A stretch of 64,000 bases of DNA from the NCBI GenBank assembly GCA_002269645.1, contig NIVC01000655.1, forward strand, positions 62,001 through 126,000, given 5' to 3'. Of the stretch, positions 13,085 to 25,219 are shown piece by piece. The notes below the pieces were generated by a model, which did not search any database, had not been told where the DNA came from, and saw only the letters and a list, made by a program, of their open reading frames with translations. Numbering within the stretch: position 1 is the first letter of the stretch; each line of letters opens with the position of its first letter. Both the position numbers and the translations under genes were made by a program. This DNA comes from Macrostomum lignano. Taxonomy: Eukaryota.

Positions 13085-13530
13085 CTAGCTGAGAATGTCC
13101 GGCAGTTGAGGTTTGCCCATTATTGAAGCTTGATAAGAAAAACCTGACATATTTGCAACAGGATGTCCATAGTCACCTGGTGCCACCTGTTGAAGGTGCC
13201 ACGGCGTCGGGGTGAAGGCTGAATGCTTGACTGACTAGCTGAGGATGTCCAGCAGTTGATTTTTGCCCACTGTCGAGGCTTGATCAGCGAAACTAGAGAA
13301 ATTCTTATCAGGCTGTCCATAGTCACCTGATGTAATCTGTTGAAGGAGCCGACGGCGTCGGGATGATGACGGAATGCTTGAGAGACTAGCTGAGAATGCC
13401 TGGCGGTTGAGTCTTGCCCACTGTCGAGGCTTGATCGGCGAAACTAGAGAAATCCGCATCAGGGTGTCCATAGTCACCTGGTGCCACCTGTTGAGGGTTC
13501 AGAAGCTCCACCTGGGTGAAGGCTAGTGAC
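13085..13530. repeat. Three diverged copies of a ~150-bp unit
   Basis: CTAGCTGAG(A/G)ATG recurs at 13085, 13235 and 13386; GTCCATAGTCACCTG occurs in each unit. Confidence 0.8.
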
Positions 13531-15794
13531 CAACAAAGTCAGAGCTGATGCAGACACATGTGGTCGACGTGCTGATGAAATTTGGAGACTTGGCAAGGCT
13601 GCACTGAGGCGCAGTGCTAATTAGCGCACAAGGGTGTACTGAAAACACTAGGGTGGCAGAATCGTCGAATATCTCGACGGTCCGAAAGGCTGGCGACTTG
13701 ATTCTTGTTTTAGAAGGTGCGCAACAAAAAGTTAGCCCGTGTTCTTGAATTTCGTGTGCCAGTGCCTGCGTTGCTCCATTCCGGCGCAGCAAAAAAAATT
13801 GTCAGGGGGGGGGGAATTCCCCCCCCCCTTGGTAGTTCTACTGTTAAGAGGGGTTATATAACTGGTTAAGTCTCACCTACTGACTGAAACAAGCTATATA
13901 AGAGGTATAAGAGATTTGTATGGCTGGAATAATGCTAATCTATTTTAGACTAGTATATTCAATAAAATTTTGCTGTTAAATGTATAAATTAATTTATCTA
14001 AATTAATAGTCTACTTCATTTATTATATTATATGTGTATAAAACACTATACTCTAACAAAATTTAAAAAAATAAAAAGAATAAATCGATAAATGGTATAT
14101 CTATTATCTAAAATCCAATTGCTATATACCAATTGCAGTAAAGTTACAAAAAATCATTATAAATATTTTACTGGTCATACTATTTGCCTATTAAAGCAGA
14201 TTACATTATTTAAACTAAATTAAGCCTTTAATATTAGGAGTATATTAGGAGTAGGAGTAATATGTAAGGCATAATATTGAAGATTCAAATAAACATAGGA
14301 TAGCTAGAGGTAATATTAAATAAAGATATAAGATTAAAGATTCATGCTTAACAAAGCTTTCAAATTCACAGCAATCAAATGCCTAAGGCTTCCAAATGCC
14401 TATGAGCAAATCACTAAATGCCTAATGCCTAAGGCTAAATTCAGTATGAAGTTTGTGCATATTTTAGGTATTAAAATTTTTTATTGTACAGGCGTAACAG
14501 GCCCTCTTGCCCCTCTATGACTTGCACGAGCTTTACTGCATTAGGCTTAAAATTAGATAAGCAACCAACGCCATACCCGAACCAACGAAGTACGCGATAC
14601 ATTTTTTAAAGTTCTAAAGGCATGATTAAAGAAATTAATTAAAAAAACTATAGTCATTCACGAAAATATGCTTATAAGCTTTCATCAAATAATGCATTTA
14701 AGCGTTCAATATTACGCTCTCGAGACGCGGCCTCGATCATGTTCATCAAATTTAAAAAATTTCACAGGCTCCGTCGAATAGCTTACTAAAACAAAAATCA
14801 TGCAAAAAAGGTTTCTTAGTCAATTTTTAAAATGAAGAATTTTCATGCATAGTATGCAGTATTTTTAAAGCATTCAAAGCTTATCGTATTGCTCTCTACT
14901 CTACCTTCAGTCAATTCTTCGGCTTTTCATTTTTTCATGACATGACATTCAAGTAAACTTCATAGGATTTAAACTTCACATCGCCTAAATTATTCTTTTG
15001 CCACCGCTGATGGTATTGAAACTTGCGAAAATTACGAGATTACATAAGATTTTCATTACAAGTGCCCAAATCTGGTGCGGCTAAGGCGTTATGAAAGTGT
15101 GGGCCGAAGCTAAAAAACTTTTCGGCGTTTTGATATTATTAGTTTTGATTATAAAGTTTATAGACGGTTACCGCCGCGGTCGCGCACGAGTGCCGTAGAC
15201 TCAAGGACTACTGTATAGCAGTATTACATACAGAATTGCGTTAAACAAACAGTCCGACCCCAATATAAGAAGCCGGAATAATTTAAGGAATTATAAATAA
15301 GCGCGCAGCTTAATTGACAGCCTGAAAATCGCTTTTAAATTTTACAGCTTTGAAAGCCTGAAATCGCACAGTTGGATCCTTGAACACAAGTCAGTACCAT
15401 AAGTACCATAGACTGAATGCGGCAACTACACAGCAAGCGACGCTAAATGCACAGGTCACGAAGCGTGTTAAAATGCGGCGCCACATATGCAGATTCTAAT
15501 ATATACACAAGTATATAATTTGGAATATATATATACGGTAGTAGAATATAGTAAATAGAATCTGTATGCGGAACTATAAAGTAGGACTTGGAAGTGCATA
15601 CAGAAATGCTACGATCCGAGCGTACATACATGCATGTACACAGGGGCGTCGCCAACGGGGGGGACAGGGGGGACATGCCCCTCCCCCAGTAAAAGATCTG
15701 GGGGGACATGCCAATACTTTGTCCTCCCACCCGACCTTGTGACCCGTTATGGAAATCAATAATTATGCTGCAGGGCGACTAAACAGAGTGCCGG

Positions 15795-17280
15795 TGTTAT
15801 GGTTTAGGATCTCCGGGGGTCCGGTCAGTTTAGGGTGTCCGGGGCGGAGACCCTAAACGGTTTAGGATCTCCGCCCGGAGACCCTAAACCGTTTAGGATC
15901 TCCCCTGGAGACTTCTAACGGTTATGGGTCTCCGGGGTAGGAGATCTGAAACCGTTTAAGGGTCTCCGGGGCATTTTCAGGTCTCCGCACCCGGAGATCT
16001 TAAACCAGTTTCTGATCTCCCCATAGGAGACTCTAAACCAGTTTCAGCTCTCCGTCAGGGCCGCAAAAACAAAGTCCTGGTTTAGGATCTCCGGTTTCCG
16101 ATCTCCCCCCATTTGTGTAAAACCAATGGTCATGGTATTGAACGCGTACATGTATAAGAAGTGGAAAGGCATTTTTATCATCAACGTAGCATTAGTTTTA
16201 TATGTATATGCTCGCACAACTGTGTATTTAAATGGAAAACTGTTTACTGTTAAAGTAATGAAGTAAATGTCCGCTTAGTGAAAAACCGGTGATGCACTTT
16301 CAGCCGGTGCTTGGAGGAAGCATCTCTTGAGGTGTTTCCCATTGACACACATGGTTAGTCCTCCTAGCCTGTACACGTTTTGACCAAGACACCTGGTCAC
16401 GATGTAGACTTGCTGACTCCAAGTGTATCGCATCTTACCACCCTTCCGATCGTCCCTGCGAAGATTGCGAAGCCTAACTCTGTCCCCTCCGCTTCAGATC
16501 CTGAACCCCAGCTGCTCCCACGGTGTGACCAGCTCGCACCTGTCACAAGACTCGACCACTGCCTTGGCAATCGGTGTGACGGGAATGTCAGCATAGTATC
16601 GTGCAGTAAAAAGGCTCACTGTGCTGTTGACACCCACGTGACTTCCTTGCGAGTGAAGGCTGCGGATCTTATCCCGTACCTCTTCCTCTGTGAAAAGTAC
16701 TCTGCGATGGTCTTCAGGCCGCATTCGCTGACTGTCGTCCTTATTAGTCACCCTGTAGTAAAGCGCTCCGTCATGGATGGAGAAACGCTTGCTCTTTTCT
16801 CTAATACGTCTTTTTAAGTTGGCCTTATCTTTGGCGTCCAATCTGGCTGGTACCTGCGTATATTCATTGTTTAGGACGTAGAAAATATTTGATTGAGCGA
16901 AGCCATCAAGCTTTGAAATGCAGAAATCGACGAAAATCACACAGCACAAACCTTTCTTATCATCTGCCCAATATAAATGTTTACAGCGCTTCCCGCCACC
17001 CATAAAATATGAGTACAAAGCTGATCTCCAAAATGTGCAAAGCCTATTGAAAGTTACGCAAGACTGCTCACACTTTGGGGTGCCAATCTCGATGTACATA
17101 GAAGTAGCTATAATTTTCATATAGAAAAGAACCGCGGAGATCCTAACACGGCGGAGACCTGTAACTCTATCTTATGTTATGGTTTCCGATCTCCGTGTGG
17201 GCGATCTTAAAATGACACAATTTTCAGTTTGTGATCTCCGGGCCGGAGACCCTAAAACGCGGAGATCCTAAACTCTAACA
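15795..17280 (-). mobile_element. Ginger/GIN-type (gypsy-integrase-like) DNA transposon, internally deleted, nested in the hAT element
   Basis: TGTTA...TAACA ends; TIR TGTTATGGTTTAGGATCTCCG vs TGTTAGAGTTTAGGATCTCCG; flanks CCGG / CGGG (3 of 4 match as a 4-bp TSD); many subterminal GGAGA(C/T)CCTAAA repeats; integrase remnants inside. Confidence 0.78.
16275..17120 (-). pseudogene. Integrase remnant: N-terminal region plus H2C2 zinc finger joined to the GPY/F-type C-terminal domain, DDE core missing
   Basis: KRFSIHDGALYY...LHSQGSHVGVNSTVSLFTARYY...VESCDRCELVTPWEQLG, one TGA (16494-16496), then in the same frame SGGDRVRLRNLRRDDRKGGKMRYTWSQQVYIVTRCLGQNVYRLGG...VNGKHLKRCF ending at TAA 16275. Confidence 0.8.
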
Positions 17281-17285
17281 CGGGC

Positions 17286-17575
17286 GGCGCTAAAATGAGT
17301 GCCCGAGGCGCTAAAATGAGTGCCCGAGGCGCTAAAATGAGTCCCCGAGGCGCTAAAATGAGTGCCCGAGGCGCTAAAATGAGTGCCCGAGGCGCTAAAA
17401 TGAGTGCCCGAGGCGCTAAAATGAGTGCCCGAGGCGCTAAAATGAGTGTCCGAGGCGCTAAATTGAGTGCCTGCGGCGCTAAAATGAGAGCCTGCGGCGC
17501 TAAAATGAGTGCCCGAGGCGCTTAAATGAGTGCCTGCGGCGCTAAAATGAGTGCCTGCGGCGCTAAAATGAGTGC
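17286..17575. repeat. 21-bp minisatellite GGCGCTAAAATGAGTGCCCGA (about 14 copies) inside the hAT element
   Basis: Direct reading of tandem units. Confidence 0.95.
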
Positions 17576-17781
17576 TGACAACACCGATTCTAAAAATATT
17601 GTACATGTAAGAATTTAGTCATGTACATGTATAATTATTGGCTTTGTCCCCCCCCCCATAAAATCCATGGCGACGCCCCTGCATGTACATGTATTAGCAC
17701 GAGTGTCTAATTGGAGCTAGTGGCTGCACGAACTAGACGTGCTCTCTAGTTGTATTGTTTGTCTGTCCGTGCAGCAATGTA

Positions 17782-19150
17782 GAGATGACGCACTGCTTTC
17801 GAGTGCAGCAACGACCATAGACACTCGTCCGAGATGACGCACTGCTTTCGAGTGTAGCAACGACCATAGACACTCGTGCGAGATGACGCACTGCTTTCGA
17901 GTGCAGCAACGACCATAGACACTCGTCCGAGATGACGCACTGCTTTCGAGTGCAGCAACGACCATAGACACTCGTGCGAGATGACGCACTGCTTTCGAGT
18001 GCAGCAACGACCATAGACACTCGTCCGAGATGACGCACTGCTTTCGAGTGCAGCAACGACCATAGACACTCGTGCGAGATGACGCACTGCTTTCGAGTGC
18101 AGCAACGACCATAGACACTCGTGCGAGATGACGCACTGCTTTCGAGTGCAGCAACGACCATAGACACTCGTGCGAGATGACGCACTGCTTTCGAGTGCAG
18201 CAACGACCATAGACACTCGTGCGAGATGACGCACTGCTTTCGAGTGCAGCAACGACCATAGACACTCGTGCGAGATGACGCACTGCTTTCGAGTGCAGCA
18301 ACGACCATAGACACTCGTGCGAGATGACGCACTGCTTTCGAGTGCAGCAACGACCATAGACACTCGTGCGAGATGACGCACTGCTTTCGAGTGCAGCAAC
18401 GACCATAGACACTCGTGCGAGATGACGCACTGCTTTCGAGTGCAGCAACGACCATAGACACTCGTGCGAGATGACGCACTGCTTTCGAGTGCAGCAACGA
18501 CCATAGACACTCGTGCGAGATGACGCACTGCTTTCGAGTGCAGCAACGACCATAGACACTCGTGCGAGATGACGCACTGCTTTCGAGTGCAGCAACGACC
18601 ATAGACACTCGTGCGAGATGACGCACTGCTTTCGAGTGCAGCAACGACCATAGACACTCGTGCGAGATGACGCACTGCTTTCGAGTGCAGCAACGACCAT
18701 AGACACTCGTGCGAGATGACGCACTGCTTTCGAGTGCAGCAACGACCATAGACACTCGTGCGAGATGACGCACTGCTTTCGAGTGCAGCAACGACCATAG
18801 ACACTCGTGCGAGATGACGCACTGCTTTCGAGTGCAGCAACGACCATAGACACTCGTGCGAGATGACGCACTGCTTTCGAGTGCAGCAACGACCATAGAC
18901 ACTCGTGCGAGATGACGCACTGCTTTCGAGTGTAGCAACGACCATAGACACTCGTGCGAGATGACGCACTGCTTTCGAGTGCAGCAACGACCATAGACAC
19001 TCGTGCGAGATGACGCACTGCTTTCGAGTGCAGCAACGACCATAGACACTCGTGCGAGATGACGCACTGCTTTCGAGTGCAGCAACGACCATAGACACTC
19101 GTGCGAGATGACGCACTGCTTTCGAGTGCAGCAACGACAGACACTCGTGC
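17782..19150. repeat. 49-bp tandem array, about 28 near-identical copies
   Basis: Unit GAGATGACGCACTGCTTTCGAGTGCAGCAACGACCATAGACACTCGTGC, period 49 (17782, 17831...); no spacers. Confidence 0.97.
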
Positions 19151-19883
19151 GCTCCGCGCACTCGACATCATTGGCTAACGATTTTGTTTTTACCATAGAA
19201 GCGTGCGGCAACTCACCGTTTTGCGTGCGGCAATGCCCCATTCTGTTGCAGCACGCTTCTATGGTAAAAACAAAAGCGAAATCGTTTGACAATGCCCATA
19301 AGCGTAGTTTATACCCGGACCCCCCGTTTATTCACTTTTATAACCCTTTAGCATTAAATAAACACATTGGAAGATTTCTATTAGAGGAATAATGCCACGA
19401 AAACAATTACTTATGAAATCGAATATGTTTGCTACTAAAAACCTGTATATCTCGATTTAAATGTATTAATTCATTCGAAATATTAAAAAATCTAATATAA
19501 ATGACAACAACAAAACTGCATTGCTAAGAGCTGTTTGACAAAAACTGAGCACTTTGCTTTTTCAAACCAAATGGTGTTAATTTGCAAAGATCATTATATG
19601 ATTAACAAACAAAGACGCTTGATGTACAAAGAGCTTGTAACATTTATGTATTGGGTCTGCAAACGAAGACAATAAAACGCTTTGAACTACCTAAATAGTT
19701 AATTAACTGTCACTGCCTGTTAACACTGCTTCGATGCCAATGCACATCGCTATTGTTTGCTACACGAACGATTGAAAAAGATGATTACTTTACGAGTATT
19801 TGATAATCTATAGGAAGAGAGCATGCAGTTACAGGCTTGAGCTCTGTCGTTCGGGACATTGCGTAATTGAAGCAACCCTGAGC

Positions 19884-21236
19884 TCAAGCGGACAGCTGAG
19901 CCTTGACAGCCGCCAACAGCATCAAAGCTGGAGCGGCCAGCATGAATGGCTGACTGCCAGGCCGCTGGGCTCCGTTGCATCGATTCCCGGTGCACACGCA
20001 CTCGATGCTGGTCGTGATGGCCGACTCGCTCTTGTAGCAGCCCGACCAGCCCTGCTTGGATGCGCAGTACTTGTACTCGAGATCGCGCACCGTGTCTGGA
20101 AGAGCACGTTTTTTTAGAGATCTGGGCGGGAGAATCTGGGTGGGAAAATCTTGGCGGGAGAATCTGGGCGGGAGAATCTGGACGGGAGAATCTGGGCGGG
20201 AGAATCTGGACGGGAGAGTCTTGACGGGAGAACCTTGTCGGGAGAACCTTGTCGGGAGAATCTGGACGGGAGAATCTGGGCGGGAGAATCTGGACGGGAG
20301 AGTCTTGGCGGGAGAATCTGGACGGGAGAATCTGGACGGGAGAATCTGGACGGGAGAATCTGGACGGGAGAATCTGGACGGGAGAATCTGGACGGGAGAA
20401 TCTGGACGGGAGAATCTGGACGGGAGAATCTGGACGGGAGAATCTGGACGGGAGAATCTGGACGGGAGAATCTGGACGGGAGAATCTGGACGGGAGAATC
20501 TGGACGGGAGAATCTGGACGGGAGAATCTTGTCGGGAGAATCTTGGAGGGAGAATCTGGACGGGAGAATCTGGACGGGAGAATCTGGACGGGAGAATCTT
20601 GGAGGGAGAATCTTGGAGGGAGAATCTGGGCGGGAGAATCTGGACGGGAGAATCTGGACGGGAGAATCTGGACGGGAGAATCTGGACGGGAGAATCTTGA
20701 CGGGAGAGTCTTGGCGGGAGAATCTTGGCGGTGCTAGAATCTGGACGGGAGAATCTGGACGGGAGAATCTGGACGGGAGAATCTGGACGGGAGAGTCTTG
20801 GCGGGAGAATCTTGGCGGTGCTAGAATCTGGACGGGAGAATCTTGTCTTAGAGGAATTTTCGGGATACCCCTTATACTCGTCATCTACAATTTTTTATTC
20901 ACTCACTGCGAAGTCCAACATAGTCGCCCTTGGTTGGCGGCTTCGGGTTCACCGAGACCAATTTGCCGCAGCCGTAAGTGCTGTCACAGATTGTTAATAA
21001 TAAATTATTTGTTCCGTTTCTTTATTAGGTGACAAACCTTTCATAGTTGTTCCTACTCACCAGTTCTTTAAAATGTACTCAACCTTCTCAGTGAAACTGG
21101 CTGTCGTGCCGGTTGGTGCGCACCTCGACAGCTTGTCCTCGGGACACACGTAGCATTCCACTTCGCCTGCGGCGAGCTGGCAGATGCTTGAGAACAGGCC
21201 TGTCAGGGCGAGGTGGGGCTTCAGATATGCATTGCT
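19884..21236 (-). CDS. Ly6/uPAR (three-finger, quiver/sleepless-like) GPI-anchored protein, 3 coding exons
   Basis: Phase-compatible exons ~21236-21061, 20980-20907, 20095-19884 give LALTGLFSSICQLAAG-EVECYVCPEDKLSRC...NCTYGCGK...KYC...GC...IECVCTGNRCNG plus a hydrophobic tail: 10 Cys, CxCxxxxCN end, signal peptide and GPI signal. No in-frame ATG found. Confidence 0.8.
20117..20845. repeat. 14-bp minisatellite CTGGACGGGAGAAT (array 1, in the last intron of the Ly6 gene)
   Basis: Tandem units with CTTGGCGGGAGA variants. Confidence 0.97.
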
Positions 21237-21322
21237 CTGTTTGGCATCTTCACTTCACAGCCAGAAAAAAACGTAAGTCATATAAAGATAAGATAATAGC
21301 CGTTTATCGACTGACATCATCA

Positions 21323-21865
21323 GGGGTATTGAGATTCGTGTCAAAAGGGGTATTGAGATTCGTGTCAAAAGGGGTATTGAGATTCGTGTCAAAAGGGGTA
21401 TTAAGATTCGTGTCAAAAGGGGTATTGAGATTCGTGTCAGAAGGGGTATTGAGATTCGTGTCAGAAGAGGTATTGAGATTCGTGTCAGAAAAGGTATTGA
21501 GATTCGTGTCAGAAGGGGTATTGAGATTCGTGTCAGAAGGTATTGAGATTCGTGTCAGAAGGGGTATTGAGATTCGTGTCAGAAGGTATTGAGATTCGCG
21601 TCAGAAGGGGTATTGACATTCGTATCAGAAGGGCATTGAGATTCTTGTCAGAAGGGGTATGCAATTCGTGTCAAAGGGGGTATTGAGATCCGTGTCAAAA
21701 GGGGTATTGAGATCCTTGTCAGAAGGGGCATTGAGATTTGTGTCAGAAGGGGTATTGAGATTCGTTTCAGAAGGTATTGAGATTCGCGTCAGAAGGGGTA
21801 TTGAGATTCTTGTCAGAAGGCATATTGAGATTCGTGTCAGATGGGGTATTGAGATTCGTGTCAGA
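21323..21865. repeat. 24-bp minisatellite GGGGTATTGAGATTCGTGTCAGAA
   Basis: Direct reading of tandem units. Confidence 0.95.
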
Positions 21866-22417
21866 AATGATAGGAATTGAGATGTGTCAGGTGTGAATTT
21901 TAATGTGTCAGCAGAGTGGTACAGGAGAACTTACACAGAGTGCACAGTCCGTAAATGAAAGCAGCAGAGCTGGCAACTGACATCGTAGCGTTTATCTAAA
22001 AAGAGAAAGAAAAACACAATGATTAGCAACTGTTCAAGTCAAAATGTATATTGTGACAAAAATCGGGTCTTTATGAAGAAATGAACGCACATTAAGCTGT
22101 CTTTTTAGCGATTCTGTGTTACTTAAGAATTGTATTACCGACAGACAGTGAGTTGGATGGCTAAGATTTAGAAGGGGTTTTCTAACTTTCTGATGGGGAG
22201 GCTGGCTCACGATCGTTCCACGGAGGGGGGTAAGAAAGAAGTCTCAGGCCTTTATAATGCGTTCGTTCGCTCGAACACATTTAGGATAAGAAAGAAGAAA
22301 TTTCCCTGCGTAAGCGCTGACCAACACACAGAGAAAATGGTCGACCGCCTTGCAACAAGGAGATCTTGAAGGAGATTTCTGGAGTGCTATGAACTTTCCC
22401 GAACTTTCCTACTTTCA

Positions 22418-22972
22418 ATTGGCGCTAAAATCTAGTATGACTGCGATAGATTGGCGCTAAAATCTAGTCTGACGGTGTTAGATTGGCGCTAAAATCTAGT
22501 CTGACGGTGCTAGATTGGCGCTAAAATCTAGTCTGACGGTGCTAGATTGGCGCTAAAATCTAGTCTGACGGTGCTAGATTGGCGCTAAAATCTAGTCTGA
22601 CGGTGCTAGATTGGCGCTAAAATCTAGTCTGACGGTGCTAAATTGGCGCTAAAATCTAGTCTGACGGTGCTAGATTGGCGCTAAAATCTAGTCTGACTGC
22701 GATAGATTGGCGCTAAAATCTAGTCTGACGGTGCTAGATTGGCGCTAAAATCTAGTCTGACTGCGATAGATTGGCGCTAAAATCTAGTCTGACGGTGCTA
22801 GATTGGCGCTAAAATCTAGTCTGACAGCGATAGATTGGCGCTAAAATCTAGTCTGACTGCGATAGATTGGCGCTAAAATCTAGTCTGACTGCGATAGATT
22901 GGCGCTAAAATCTAGTCTGACTGCGATAGATTGGCGCTAAAATCTAGTCTGACAGCGATAGATTGGCGCTAA
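22418..22972. repeat. 32-bp minisatellite GATTGGCGCTAAAATCTAGTCTGACGGTGCTA
   Basis: About 17 tandem units. Confidence 0.95.
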
Positions 22973-23477
22973 ACAAATCTCCAGGAATGCTTTAGTTGTC
23001 AATCCAGATTTTTTGTCCTGTCCCGAGATCGCCTTGACCGGCCCTTGCCCCTCCTTCCTCCCAGTCCCCTCTAGCCCAGCGGACTGGGGTGGGGGGTTGC
23101 GGTCAGGGTGGGCCTCTCGATCGATCGATTCGCCACGGGAATGGTTCAGATTTTGTACGCACACCACGAGGGTTTGATGGACGCGCAGAGGCCTGCATGC
23201 AGAATACTAAAGGCCTACCGCCACTCTTCTGCGAGGGTGAACACCTCGCCCCTCCCCCGCTGTGACCCGCCGGAACTCTCCCTCTCTCCATCTCTTCAGC
23301 AATGCCCAGTTCTTGCTGGAAGCTTACTGTGCGTATGGGGGAAGTTTCGCATATATTCTACAGACCTTCTCCTGACCCTTTTCAGCAGCGGCAATGAGTT
23401 TTCTATCAGTTTTTGCCCTACAGTCCATGGCAAAGACAAAGAAAAGGGGGGATTTAGGGATGGTATGGTTGGTTATT

Positions 23478-23878
23478 AAATTTGGTAAGGTATATAGGTA
23501 GCTAGGTAGATAAGCAGGTTGGGTAGATAGGGCAGGTAGGTAGGTAGGTAGGTTGGTAGGTTGGTAGGTAGATAGGTAGGTGGGTAGGTAGGTAGGTAGG
23601 TAGGTTGGTAGGTAGGTAGGTAGGTGGGTAGGTAGGTGGGTAGGTGGGTGGGTAGGTGGGTAGGTAGGTAGGTAAATAAGTAGGTTGGGTAGATAGGGCA
23701 GGTAGGTAGATTGGTAGGTAGGTAGGTAGGTAGGTAGATAAGTATGTTGGGTAGATAGGGCAGATAGGTAGGTAGGTTGGTAGGTAGGTGGGTAGGTAAG
23801 TAGGTAGTTAGGTTAGGTGAGGTAGGCTGATGGGTAGGTTGTTAGGTTGGGAAGTAGATTAGGTAGACGGGTAGCTAG
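23478..23878. repeat. Degenerate (GGTA)n microsatellite
   Basis: GGTAGGTAGGT(A/G) runs. Confidence 0.95.
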
Positions 23879-25219
23879 GCTTCCAACTTTAACAACTCCC
23901 TATCAAACCCGAATTCACAATCCTCAAACTTCGTATTGCCCAATATTTATGAGATAAAAAAGAAGAACTTGGGCAGTATGAAAGTTGGCTTGTAAAAGTA
24001 CTGCATTGATAGGTAAGAAGCCATTTTCAAGCCCCTAGCGCACCTAATTTTTTTGCTACAAGTCTTGCGCAGAAAACAACTGACTAAAAACGATTTTACT
24101 CACAGCACCCACAGAAGCATAAATTGGTTTCTAAGAAAGTCTCTGGGCATCAAAGCTTCTAAATTGTTTCTAAATATAGATTTCTGCTCGCAGCACGCAA
24201 TAGCTGCATGCTTTAAAACTTCTCAGCTTCTCTTGGGTTGGGGGTTGGCGAGCAATGGCCCGATGTCGGGGGGGGGGGTACAAGCTCTTTCGTTGCGCTT
24301 CTTGCCGAACTGACGCAGCAAGTTCTGCCCCGGCCAAACATAATCAACTGAACTTGTTGCTGAGAATGGAGAAAAACATTAAAATTGTTTATTAAAAGGT
24401 GGAAATTCGATGGTTTTAATTACCTAAAGGTAAAGTGTTTATTTAGTAGACCGAGTGAGTCAAAGTTTACCATATTTTTCCTGAACAAAAATTTGTATAG
24501 ACCATACCGAGGCGAGTGGACACAACACCATCACCATTATGAGTTTGGAAGGGAGCTGTTCCCATTGACAATAGGAGGAAGTTAATCTTGGATTCAACAG
24601 CACTGGAATACAAGGTGCAGATCCTGGAATTTAAGACAGCATTTTCGACAGCAACATTGAAAACTGAACACCCAAGAAACAGTGGCGTACTTGTTTCCAT
24701 TTTTTATCCACTTTAAATCGCTAAAACAAAAAATGAAGGCAGCTAAAAAACCAACTTTGATGCAACTTTAAAGCGATACATTTATTTGTTTTAATGAGTT
24801 CAATCTCGCATATTTTGAGCATTCTTTTCTACAGCACACTTGAATTACATTCTCAATACAGTCTCCCAACTGTAGCAAATCACTTCTCCCGCGGTGGGTC
24901 ACACTTTTTAGAGTGGCGGTTTGAATTTTGTCATTAACTCAAATAAAAAGTTATTTTATAAATCTACACAATTTGGAATAATGCTCTTTATTGTTTAGCA
25001 GAGTTTAACATCAAACGCAGCATAAGGCACAAGCAGTGAGAAAAATACACAATGAATCATTCGACCAGCAACTGGAAATATCTATAAGCTATAGTAATGC
25101 TTGTAGAATTTGGGGGATAGAGTTTGGGAAAATTCGGATCCCCGGTACAAGAGTCGGCGTATACATTCTTTTTCACTTCTGACGCTGACAACACAGTTTT
25201 TTTTTCAGAGGATTTGGTG

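Larger units (their letters stand above)
15641..17681. mobile_element. Non-autonomous hAT-type DNA transposon (MITE-like)
   Basis: Perfect 14-bp TIR CAGGGGCGTCGCCA (15641-15654) / TGGCGACGCCCCTG (17668-17681) and perfect 8-bp TSD CATGTACA (15633-15640, 17682-17689). CAG termini plus 8-bp TSD are typical of hAT. Confidence 0.88.

Noticed and set aside
17717-19292. 470-520 aa ORFs, or a CRISPR-like array
   Set aside because: This is a head-to-tail 49-bp repeat with no unique spacers and no cas genes, in a eukaryotic context.
23108-23300. GLSIDRFAT motif reminiscent of DIRS-type retroelement ORFs
   Set aside because: Only a short motif; no RT, RNase H or tyrosine recombinase sequence nearby.
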